Shown piece after piece: positions 28,953 through 37,349 of a stretch of DNA of 42,376 nt (positions are counted from its first letter, which is position 1; each line of letters starts with the position of its first letter). The stretch is taken from the NCBI GenBank assembly GCA_037133055.1, contig JBAXOY010000009.1:1-42376 (forward strand), given 5' to 3'. The notes below the pieces were generated by a model. That model was not told the origin of the DNA. It saw nothing but the letters and a program-made list of their open reading frames with translations, and did not search any database. Source of the DNA: Chlamydiota bacterium (lineage in GTDB: Bacteria > Auribacterota > Tritonobacteria > UBA1439). A program made the translations under genes and the position numbers.

Positions 28953-31325
28953 TCATCTGCGGGCAAACGTCAAAGTCTTCGGACATCGCAACAGACACAC
29001 GGCCGCGAGGATGAGCAGCGTCGCGCCGCTCACGCAGGCCCCCACGATGAAAGAGAAGGGGCGATAGACAAACTCCACGCGGTGCCTGCCGGGCGGAACA
29101 GGAAGCCCCCTGATGATGCCGTTCGTCCTGTAGACCCGTGTTTCCGCGCCGTCGAGATACGCCTTCCATCCGGGGAAATACCTCTCTGAGAGGACGAGGA
29201 ACGTGCCGCCCGGGGAGGAACATTCAACTGCAATGCGCTCCGGGTTTCGGGCGGTGACGCGGGCCTCCCCCGTCCCCCCGCTGTGAGGGGTATCGCCCCC
29301 CTCAACAAGCGCCTCGCGCCGGAGGTCGATGCCCGATGCCGGGTCCCACAAGATGCGACGCGCCTCGTCAAAACCTTTCACGGGGCGCACGCTCCAGACA
29401 CACCATGCCGGGGGAAGGGCGTCCGCATTCTCAAAAACCGCGACCGCGCCGTTGTCCAAAATCTCGCGGTACGGTGCACGGCCGCCGGGGGTCTTCACGC
29501 CGAGGAGAAAGGCGCGCTCCCCGGGCCTCGCGATGATATACCGCACCCCCAGCATCGAAAGCACACGGATGTTGCGGTACAGGGGCTCCGCGGTCGCGCC
29601 CCAGATATCCGTCGAAAGCATCCCCGCGTAGTCCCTGGACAGCATCATCCCGAAGCCGTTCGCGCTCCGGAACGGGCCGAAGCGCTCGTAGACGACGCCG
29701 AGGTCGTCCATGTCGCCCTCGTCCCTGAGGAAACTGCAGACCCGGGACTCCTGCTGCGACGTGCCCCTCGCCCGGATGGCCGCGAGCGCGGGGGCGAGGA
29801 AACGGCGCCTGTTCTCGATCAGTTTCTCTCCCGTGACCGGGTGGCGCCAGTAGAAGCTCCCGCAGGAGAACAGGTCCACGAAGAGCAGGGCGAAGAGGAC
29901 CGCGGGCGTGAGCGGGCGGCGGGGCCGCAGGGCGAGGAGCGCCAGGGCCGCGGAGGTCGCGCACATCAGGAAGAGCGGCACGGAGAAGGCGTTGTTTTCA
30001 AGACCGATAAGGGCGGCGACCCTCTTTGAGACAACGGTGGTCGCGTCGAAAAGCGGGGGGAACCTGTCGAAGAGGAACGGCCTGAAGGCCGCGACGGCGG
30101 AGGCGGAAAGCGCCGCGACCGCCACGAGCCCTGCGGCGATCACCCCCAGCGTGCGCCGCGTCCGGGTATCGCGGGCCGAGAGGGCGTGACGGAGGCCGAA
30201 CCCGGCGAGCACCGCGACGGCGAAATTGAATTCCAGGCAGTGCCGCGCGGGCGCCCTGAACAGGTTGTACACGGGGAGGTAATATACGACGCGGTAGAAC
30301 GGATTGTATCTCCCGAGCGCGAGGAAGAGCGCCGCCGCCGCGACCGAGCCCCAGAACCTGACCTGCCGGTCGCTTCTCCGGAGGAGCAGCCAGGCGAAAA
30401 GGGCGAGGCAAAGAGTAAGGATCCCCGTGTAGCACGAGGTCTCGAAATAATTCCACGGGCCCCAGTACCATCCGCGGTAGAATCCGGGGACGTTCGTGCC
30501 GAAGGCATAGGGAAAAAGGATGGCGGCGAACAGCAGCGGGTGAAGCGACCAGGTGGTGAACTCGAGGTAGTCGATCCCCCGTTTGACCGAAAGGGAAGAG
30601 AGCTCGTGGAGCGGCAGGAGCTGCACCGCGGCGAGAGCCATTCCCGCGCAGACGGCAGCCGCGAAGAGCGCCGCGGGCCTCCACGCGGCCCGTAGCCCTC
30701 TCCCGCCGACGCCGAAATAGAGGACGTACGCGCCGCCGAGCGTGGCCGTGTAGAGAGCGGGTTCCGTGTGCCCGGCAAGGATCTGGAGGCAGAGCGCGAC
30801 CGCGACACCCGCGACGCACCTTGCGCCCAAGCCAGAGACGATCCGGTGCGCGAAGTAGAGCACGAGCGGCAGCCAGACCGAAGAATCCAGTATGTCCGGG
30901 AACGGCAGGCGGGCCGTGAGGTAGCCGCAAAACATAAAACTCACCGCCGAGAAGAGCGACGCGAAAAGGGGGAGGCCGATCGAACGCGCAAACAGCCAGG
31001 TGAACAATCCCGCCGCCGCATAGTGGAGAAGTGCGATGACGTTCGTCGCCACCCCGGGGTCGAGGGCCATGTAGAGGAGGTTCGGGGGATACCACGAGGC
31101 GGGCTGGAGACAGGCGGCGTGGGGGTGCCCGGAATCGAAAAACGGATTCCAGAGCGGCAGGCGCACGCTCCGGAGCACATCCGCCGTGTAGACCCGCTCC
31201 GCGATCTTCCCTGGCTCGACAAGGAAGAACAGCCTGGTGAACGGGTATCCCCACCCATAGTAGAGCCCCGGGAGGAGAAGCAGCAGCGCCACGCCCATTG
31301 CGCGCGTCGAGAACCGGCCCATCAT
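28953..31325 (-). CDS. YfhO family membrane protein (GT-C-like)
   Basis: LPLWNPFFDSGHP; YPPNLL; ILAGH; AVQLLP; YTGI; FRAPAR; LSERYFPGWKAYLDG; VPPGRHRVEFVYRP. Start trimmed to ATG 31325. Confidence 0.88.
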   Translation of the reverse strand: MMGRFSTRAMGVALLLLLPGLYYGWGYPFTRLFFLVEPGKIAERVYTADVLRSVRLPLWNPFFDSGHPHAACLQPASWYPPNLLYMALDPGVATNVIALLHYAAAGLFTWLFARSIGLPLFASLFSAVSFMFCGYLTARLPFPDILDSSVWLPLVLYFAHRIVSGLGARCVAGVAVALCLQILAGHTEPALYTATLGGAYVLYFGVGGRGLRAAWRPAALFAAAVCAGMALAAVQLLPLHELSSLSVKRGIDYLEFTTWSLHPLLFAAILFPYAFGTNVPGFYRGWYWGPWNYFETSCYTGILTLCLALFAWLLLRRSDRQVRFWGSVAAAALFLALGRYNPFYRVVYYLPVYNLFRAPARHCLEFNFAVAVLAGFGLRHALSARDTRTRRTLGVIAAGLVAVAALSASAVAAFRPFLFDRFPPLFDATTVVSKRVAALIGLENNAFSVPLFLMCATSAALALLALRPRRPLTPAVLFALLFVDLFSCGSFYWRHPVTGEKLIENRRRFLAPALAAIRARGTSQQESRVCSFLRDEGDMDDLGVVYERFGPFRSANGFGMMLSRDYAGMLSTDIWGATAEPLYRNIRVLSMLGVRYIIARPGERAFLLGVKTPGGRAPYREILDNGAVAVFENADALPPAWCVWSVRPVKGFDEARRILWDPASGIDLRREALVEGGDTPHSGGTGEARVTARNPERIAVECSSPGGTFLVLSERYFPGWKAYLDGAETRVYRTNGIIRGLPVPPGRHRVEFVYRPFSFIVGACVSGATLLILAAVCLLRCPKTLTFARR

Positions 31326-31341
31326 CCCCCCCCGGCCCCGG

Positions 31342-31489
31342 TCATCCCTGCCCGAGCAGGCTCCCGGCGATCCTCGCGTACTGCACGAGCCGCTTCGGAT
31401 TCCTGACCGCTGCGAGTGGCCGGAAAAGGTAGCGTGGCCGAAAATAACCTTGCGCCGAGGATGGGGGGATTGACGAGCAGTATCTTCAT
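31342..31489 (-). pseudogene. Internally deleted B12-radical SAM gene remnant
   Basis: AAGGA RBS then MKILLVNPPIL from ATG 31489. In another frame this joins YFRPRYLFRPLAAVRNPKRLVQYARIAGSLLGQG* (TGA at 31342). These match the N- and C-termini of the intact paralogs in the window. Confidence 0.8.
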
Positions 31490-31539
31490 GGAGTTCCTTT
31501 GAGTGCTCGCCCCTCAGGGGCGATCCGCACTCGGTGGGT

Positions 31540-31568
31540 AGTATATCGCGTGCGCGCGCCGGGTACAA
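31540..31568 (-). promoter_or_regulatory. Sigma70-type promoter
   Basis: Minus strand TTGTAC-N17-TATACT upstream of the remnant and YfhO genes. Confidence 0.55.
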
Positions 31569-31569
31569 G

Positions 31570-31614
31570 CGCGGCCTCAAAGCCCGCGGCCTCAAAGCCC
31601 GCGGCCTCAAAGCC
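31570..31614. repeat. Perfect tandem repeat, 3 x 15 bp (CGCGGCCTCAAAGCC)
   Basis: Read directly: copies start at 31570, 31585 and 31600. Confidence 0.95.
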
Positions 31615-31659
31615 GTGACCGCACCGCGTTCTCGCGGTCGACCATCTCACTCCGCGGCT

Positions 31660-32586
31660 TCATGTCGGCCCCATGTGCGCGTTGCGCGCCACAAGGGCCA
31701 TGTTTCCCAGGGGGAGATCGAGCCGGATACGCCCAAGCGGGGTGCGTCCCGCCGCCGCGAGCAGTATCTGTTTCAGGGCGCGCGGGAGCGGCGCGAGATG
31801 GGAGAGATACCGCAGGGAGTAACGGTTGCGAATGGCGCCGACCGTAAGGACCTCGAAGCCGCAGTCCGCGAAAAGCCGCGAGAGGGTCGAGGGGCTGTAG
31901 AGGTACGTGTGCTCGATGTCCACGATCGGGCTGCGCTCCCCGAGAAGCCTGGCCGAGAGCGACCCCACGTTGTGCGTGACGCAGAGGACCAGACCGCCGG
32001 GCCTCAGCGCCGCGAGGCACTCGACCAGGAGCGCGGCGGGGTCGGGGATGTGGTCCAGTACCTGAAACATGCAGATGACATCGAAGGTCCCCGGCGCGAA
32101 CAGCCCCGACCGCATGACCTCGCAGACGATCGAGGGCCGCACGCGCGGGTTGGCCCGCGCCACCACATCGCTCCCCGGCTCGACGCCCCTGACACGCGCG
32201 TAGCCCCGCACCAGGGCCTCCTCGAGGAAAAATCCGTTTCCGCATCCGATTTCGAGGAGGTCCCCCTTTCGCGCGCCCCATGCATCGAGCCCCGACAGCG
32301 CCCGCCCGTAGGTATGCCTCAGGTCCGCCACTTCGTCGCCGTAGGTAAACGCGCTGCGGGCGTAGAGGTGTGCGAGCGACCCCGGTTCGGCCGCAGGATC
32401 GGCGCGAACAAGGCCGCACCTGTTGCAGCGCGCCATGCGGTAGTGAATCCCGTCCGGCATCCTCCTGGCGGAAAAGACGGCGGGGGTGAAGGACGAGAAA
32501 TCGCAATTCGCGGGATACAGTTCGATCGTGCCGCCCTCGGTGCGGCAGATTGCGCAGCGGGTCGGATGCATCTCAGCCGTGCCCAT
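31660..32586 (-). CDS. Class I SAM-dependent methyltransferase with N-terminal CxxC/CxxC
   Basis: CAIC..CNRCGL; LLEIGCGNG; GVEP; FDVICMFQVLDHIPDP; LRPGG. Confidence 0.88.
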   Translation of the reverse strand: MGTAEMHPTRCAICRTEGGTIELYPANCDFSSFTPAVFSARRMPDGIHYRMARCNRCGLVRADPAAEPGSLAHLYARSAFTYGDEVADLRHTYGRALSGLDAWGARKGDLLEIGCGNGFFLEEALVRGYARVRGVEPGSDVVARANPRVRPSIVCEVMRSGLFAPGTFDVICMFQVLDHIPDPAALLVECLAALRPGGLVLCVTHNVGSLSARLLGERSPIVDIEHTYLYSPSTLSRLFADCGFEVLTVGAIRNRYSLRYLSHLAPLPRALKQILLAAAGRTPLGRIRLDLPLGNMALVARNAHMGPT

Positions 32587-33565
32587 GCGGGCTGTCTTTC
32601 TTTATCCCGTCCCGGAGCGGGGGATAATTGGAGAAGCTCTCAACAATATAGGGCGGGCGGCGCTTGATCTCGTCGTAGATGTGAGACAGGTACGACCCGA
32701 TGATGCTGAGGCAGAGCATCTGGATCCCCCCCACGAACAGCATCGTGAGGATCAGGGTGACGAAGCCCCGCGGCGCGCGGGCGGGATACAGCAGGCGGAG
32801 GGCAAGCTGGATGACCATCATCGCGAACGACGCCCCCATGGTGGCCACCGCAATCCACACGATGAGATCAAGGGGGGCGTAGGAAAAGGAGAAAATAGCC
32901 TGGCGCGCCCACTGGAGATTCCTGAGCATGGAGTTGGTGCTCCGGCCGAACATCCGCTCCGGCCGCTCGTAGGGGACGCCGGTCTGTCGAAAGCCCACCC
33001 ACGCGCGAAGGCCGCGCATGAAACGGTTGTTCTCGGGGAGGGCGTTGAGGACGTCGACCGCGCGCCGGTCGATCAGGGAGAAATCGCCCGCATCAAGGGG
33101 GATGGGGACGTAGGAGGTCGCCCGGAAGAGTCGGTAGAAGGCCTTGTACGCGAGCTGGAGAAATCGCGTCGTGTCGCGCTTTATCCGCACGCCATAGACA
33201 ACGGCATGCCCCTCCAGCCATTTCTCATGGAACCGCTCGATCAGCTCCGGCGGATCCTGGAGATCGCCGTCGAGGAGCACTACGGCGTCCCCGGAGGAGA
33301 TCCTCATGCCGCTCGTAAAGGCGCTCTGGGATCCGAAGTTCCGCGTATGGTGTATCGCGATCACCTTCGGGTCCCGCGCGGCGAGGCCGACGAGCACCTC
33401 GCGCGTGTTGTCGGGGCTGCAGTCGTTCACGAAAATAATCTCGTAGTCGACCCCGATCTTTCGGAACACGGCGGTGAGGCGCTCGTACATGACGGGGATG
33501 GCGAGGGCGTCGCGATAGCAGGCGACGACGGCGGTCAGCATGACCGGTTCTGTACGGGTGCGCAT
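32573..33565 (-). CDS. GT2 polyprenol-phosphate glycosyltransferase (GtrB/ArnC-like)
   Basis: VNDCSPD; RNFGSQSA; LDGDLQDPPE; GDFSLIDR; RFMRGLRAWVGF; two C-terminal TM helices; RPPYIV. Confidence 0.93.
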   Translation of the reverse strand: MRTRTEPVMLTAVVACYRDALAIPVMYERLTAVFRKIGVDYEIIFVNDCSPDNTREVLVGLAARDPKVIAIHHTRNFGSQSAFTSGMRISSGDAVVLLDGDLQDPPELIERFHEKWLEGHAVVYGVRIKRDTTRFLQLAYKAFYRLFRATSYVPIPLDAGDFSLIDRRAVDVLNALPENNRFMRGLRAWVGFRQTGVPYERPERMFGRSTNSMLRNLQWARQAIFSFSYAPLDLIVWIAVATMGASFAMMVIQLALRLLYPARAPRGFVTLILTMLFVGGIQMLCLSIIGSYLSHIYDEIKRRPPYIVESFSNYPPLRDGIKKDSPHGHG

Positions 33566-33591
33566 CTATCCCCTCCGGACGCCACACGCAT

Positions 33592-33620
33592 AGTATATGC
33601 CTCAGTTGCGCGCATGTCAA
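33592..33620 (-). promoter_or_regulatory. Near-consensus sigma70 promoter of the GT2-methyltransferase operon
   Basis: Minus strand TTGACA (33620-33615), N17, TATACT (33597-33592); GGAGGGG RBS before ATG 33565. Confidence 0.75.
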
Positions 33621-33660
33621 AATGAAGCAGTTGTCAAAATGAAGCAGTCAAAATGAAGCA
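33616..33660. repeat. Tandem repeat, 3 x 14 bp (GTCAAAATGAAGCA), overlapping the -35 box
   Basis: Copies start at 33616, 33633 and 33647. Confidence 0.95.
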
Positions 33661-33821
33661 GGCCCCCCCCGGGAACCTGTCCACGTAACGGGCCCTGCCG
33701 CGTTCAGCCTGCGCAGCCGCTGGCCGCTTCGGCGAAGCGGGCCTGCCCGTCGGGCGCGAGCGGATCAAGGCGCGTAACGCGCGTCGGGATCCGTTACTCG
33801 ATCAGGCCCCCCGCGCGGCGT

Positions 33822-35459
33822 TCAGTCGATTTCCCGGCGGAGCCGGCTCCCGGCACGCCCTCCCCGCCCCGCGCTCACGAGACCGAGTTTCCAGGCGTAA
33901 TATCCCCCGCGTCCCACGAGGGTGGTAAAATCGCGCTTGAGGAAATGCTGGACGGCGCGGGAGACCAGGTAGAAAGACTTGGCCAGCAGGTGCAGGAACG
34001 GGTGGTACTTCTGTGCTTCCTGGCTCCCCCTGACGCGCCCCCGCAGATACTCGAAGACGGCCCTGGGCGGCTTCATCACCGCCAGGAGATAGAGCAGGAT
34101 ATTCGCCACGCTCGGCTTCGTGTCGAGGTACGATGACGTCTCCCCCCGTATATCCACGGAGGGATGCCCCGCGAAATAGTCCCAGAGCCCGGTCCCCGGG
34201 AATACCCGGAGCGAGAAGACCGTGAGCGTGAACGGCCTCTCCAGCTCATAGATGAGAGCAAGGGTCCGGCGTATGTCGTCCCGGGTCTCAACGGGATTGT
34301 CGGAAATAATATCGAACGAAGGGGGGATCATGCCGTACTTCTTCGCCGCCCGGACGAGAATCCCCGCGGATTCCTTGATCGTCGCGATCGTGGTCGGCCG
34401 GTTGTAGAACGCGAGCGTCCTCTCGCTGCCGCTCTGGATGCCCATCCTCCCCCTGTTCATCCCGGCCTTCGCCAGCAACGCTATTTTTTCTTCCGTAATG
34501 AAGCCCGGATACAGCCCGAAGACGACGAAGGGCAGGTTGATGCGTTTTCGATATCCCTCGGCGAACCCCTGTATCACCTCGACCGGCATCGCGATGAAGT
34601 TGTCATCGTAAAAGATGACATTGGATATGAACGGATAGATGCGCCGTGCCTGTTCGATCTCCTCGAGGATGTGGTCCGCCGAGGCGAACCGTATCCTGCG
34701 GTAGTTCTTGTCGATGCGCAGAAAGGCGTCATTTGCGCAGTAGGTGCAGGTAAAGGGACAGCCGATGGTCCAGATGGTCCGGTAGGCGAGACCGTTGTGC
34801 CTGAGATAATCCCAATGGGTAAAGGGCCTGAATCTCGCCGCCCGGGGGTCATAGATGCTGCAGTCCGTTCCATAGAACAGTGGGGGGAGCGAGTCGAGGT
34901 CGGCGGGGGTGAGCAGCGGGGAGGGCTCATTCCTGCCCCCCCCCGGCGTGGAAAACCGGATGCCCGGCGTGGCCAGATGGTCTTTGCCCGAGGCAAATGC
35001 CCGGTAGAATGCCTCGAAGGGGCGTTCCCCCTCGCCGGTGCAGATGGCGTCGACGTGCGCGATCGCCTGATCGGGATAGAGGATGCAATGGTCTCCGCCC
35101 CAGATGATGAAGACGCCGGGGTTTTTCGCCTTTACCCGCGCCGCGATCTTCTCGACATACGGTGCGGAGGGGGTCATCGAGGAAAAACAGATCAGATCGT
35201 AGCGAGCCAGCTCCTCTGCGATTGCATCGAAGTCCCTCTCGCCGATACCGACGTTGCGTGAAGGGAAGAGATGGGTGGCGAGGGAGTAGAGGTTCCCGGT
35301 CGCGACGAAATATATTCGGGCTTCGGCATTCAGCCTGCGCGCTACAGAAGCGACGCGACGGAAGCCGAGGGCGGTTATCCCGTCCTCGATCGAGACGAGC
35401 GCGACCCGGGGCGGCGCCCCGGCCGGCCCGGCGTGCGAACGCCGATCGCGGGGAGTCAC
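33822..35459 (-). CDS. B12-binding radical SAM protein (divergent paralog)
   Basis: ALGFRRVAS; IWGGDH; CTGEGE; TIGCPFTCTYC; FYDDNF; MGIQSGS. GTG 35459 has GGAGAGG upstream; TTG 35483 is the alternative start. Confidence 0.87.
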   Translation of the reverse strand: MTPRDRRSHAGPAGAPPRVALVSIEDGITALGFRRVASVARRLNAEARIYFVATGNLYSLATHLFPSRNVGIGERDFDAIAEELARYDLICFSSMTPSAPYVEKIAARVKAKNPGVFIIWGGDHCILYPDQAIAHVDAICTGEGERPFEAFYRAFASGKDHLATPGIRFSTPGGGRNEPSPLLTPADLDSLPPLFYGTDCSIYDPRAARFRPFTHWDYLRHNGLAYRTIWTIGCPFTCTYCANDAFLRIDKNYRRIRFASADHILEEIEQARRIYPFISNVIFYDDNFIAMPVEVIQGFAEGYRKRINLPFVVFGLYPGFITEEKIALLAKAGMNRGRMGIQSGSERTLAFYNRPTTIATIKESAGILVRAAKKYGMIPPSFDIISDNPVETRDDIRRTLALIYELERPFTLTVFSLRVFPGTGLWDYFAGHPSVDIRGETSSYLDTKPSVANILLYLLAVMKPPRAVFEYLRGRVRGSQEAQKYHPFLHLLAKSFYLVSRAVQHFLKRDFTTLVGRGGYYAWKLGLVSAGRGGRAGSRLRREID

Positions 35460-35613
35460 AGCGACTTTCCTCTCCGGGGGCAACCCGGATTTCTTGCGGG
35501 AATAAAAGCGGTCGCGAGGGGATCAGGTAATCCGATTCCGCAGCGCGCCCCCCGCGCGGCGCGGGTCAGGCCCTTTTGCGGACGGCGGGCCGGGCAAGCA
35601 CATATGCACCAAA

Positions 35614-37314
35614 TCATCCGCCTTCCGCCAGCCGGTACACGACACCCAGGGAACATTCATACACCCTGATCAGTCGCTCCGGGCCGGAAGCCTGGGGGCT
35701 TTTGAGAGTGCCGTGTACCCGCTCCCCGGAAACTCCCGACTGATCCCGCGGCGCCGTCGAGGGACGGGAGAGTCGCGCGATGTACCCGCCCCAGACATTT
35801 TCGGGCAGCCCGTCCTGCAGGCTCCCCCACACGCTCCCCCATTCCTCCTGCGGCAATCCGTCCACCACTCTGAGCAGGAGGAGATACTCAGCGCCGATCC
35901 GACGCATCCATTCCGGGATGCGGCGATCGAGATCGGCCGGGAGACGCTCGAACGACAACCATGGGTGGCAATAGGGAAGCATGGCGGTGGTCATCCCGGT
36001 GAAAAAGGCCACCGCGTAGGGCGCGTTGGTCGCCACCGCCCTCTTCGGACTATTGTGCGCAAGAACCCACCTGACACACTCGCTCTCCGAGCCGTAGACG
36101 CCGCTCGACAGGGTGTGGGGCAGCAGCAGATAACTCCTTGACGCTTCTCCGCCGGCGATGACCGCCAGTGAGATTGCCAGCCCGATTGCGGCGATCCTCG
36201 GCGCTCCCCTCTCGCGGACGGCGTTCCACCCTCGCGCGATGATCACCATCGCGACGATCGCAAAGAGGGGAATCAGCGGCGCCGCAAATCTCACCTCGAA
36301 CATAGGAAACTTAAAGGTAAGGGCGATGACGAGCGCCCCCAGATACCATGCGGCTGCGACGAGGGGGAGATCCAGCCCCCGTCTGACCATGCGCACCACC
36401 TCGCGCCATATGCCCGGCGAGAGCAGGAGCGCACAGGCGGGGACAGCCAGCAGGAGAAACGTCAGCGCGGCCCTCCACCCGGGCTCGTCGAAACCCGACT
36501 GCTCTACGAGCAGCGCCAGCATCCCGCGCAAAGCCTCGGTCCACCCCCGATCCGGCGTGGCCAGCGCAAAGCCGATCAGCGACGAATAGAGCCATATATT
36601 GCGCGCCATCCATACCCCGATAGCGATGACCGGGGGCAGCGCGCCGAGGCACATCAGGCGCGCGGCGGGACGCGCCCCCTTCCGGTACCAGACGATGCAC
36701 GCCTCGTAGAGGAAGAGAGGAATAAGCGCCAACCCCGAGTTTCTCGTCTCGCACGCCGCGCCCGCTGCGAGGCCGCCCGACGCGAAGTACCGCCATTGCG
36801 GCCGCGCAAAGCGCGAGGCCTGGAGCATACAGACGGTCATCATTAAAAAGGCGATGAACAGCGGTTCGGTCCACGCCTGGCCGACAAGGGCGAGCAGCGG
36901 GTATGAAATCGCGACCAGTGCCCCGGCGCCCATGCCGGCGACATTTCCCGCGCAGCGGCGGGCAACGCGAAAAGCGCACAGCGACGCAACCAGGTGCGCA
37001 AGAATATTCACCGCCTGGGCGGGCCAGACCCGCCCGGGCCGCACCCCCCCGAGGAGCGCATACGACACCGGCAGGAGGGGCATCTGCCAGATGTCCGGCC
37101 AGAGGCCGGAGGAGTCGGGGGGAGGACCCATGCCGAGGGGGACGACGCCATATGCGATGAGCTTTAATCCGTTCCCCTTCAAGATCTGGTCGGCGACCAG
37201 GGCATAGCGCATCCCGTCGTTGTCGATACGGATATAGTATGCCGATCGCAGTCCTGCGGCGAGGGCGAGGACGGCGACCAGCCACGCGGCGCCATATATC
37301 CTGATCGATTTCAT
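35614..37314 (-). CDS. ArnT/PMT-like membrane glycosyltransferase
   Basis: DGMRYALVA; PLLP; WTEPLF; GLAAGAACETR; WMARN; RFAAPLIP; many TM helices. Confidence 0.78.
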   Translation of the reverse strand: MKSIRIYGAAWLVAVLALAAGLRSAYYIRIDNDGMRYALVADQILKGNGLKLIAYGVVPLGMGPPPDSSGLWPDIWQMPLLPVSYALLGGVRPGRVWPAQAVNILAHLVASLCAFRVARRCAGNVAGMGAGALVAISYPLLALVGQAWTEPLFIAFLMMTVCMLQASRFARPQWRYFASGGLAAGAACETRNSGLALIPLFLYEACIVWYRKGARPAARLMCLGALPPVIAIGVWMARNIWLYSSLIGFALATPDRGWTEALRGMLALLVEQSGFDEPGWRAALTFLLLAVPACALLLSPGIWREVVRMVRRGLDLPLVAAAWYLGALVIALTFKFPMFEVRFAAPLIPLFAIVAMVIIARGWNAVRERGAPRIAAIGLAISLAVIAGGEASRSYLLLPHTLSSGVYGSESECVRWVLAHNSPKRAVATNAPYAVAFFTGMTTAMLPYCHPWLSFERLPADLDRRIPEWMRRIGAEYLLLLRVVDGLPQEEWGSVWGSLQDGLPENVWGGYIARLSRPSTAPRDQSGVSGERVHGTLKSPQASGPERLIRVYECSLGVVYRLAEGG

Positions 37315-37349
37315 AGGCTCCCGACGAGCTGTATTTCATCCCGGGCGAA

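Noticed and set aside
31326..31610. ORF-track N-terminal extension of YfhO (MRPRALRPRALRPRL...)
   Set aside because: It is a translation of the tandem repeat, promoter and radical SAM remnant; the hydrophobic protein starts at 31325.
31570..33660. Tandem repeats as a possible CRISPR array
   Set aside because: The units are 14-15 bp with no unique spacers, and there are no cas genes.
20095..33670. Other G8/C8 homopolymers (20095, 22343, 31326, 33663) as phase-variation tracts
   Set aside because: Such runs are expected at this GC content and none disrupts a reading frame.
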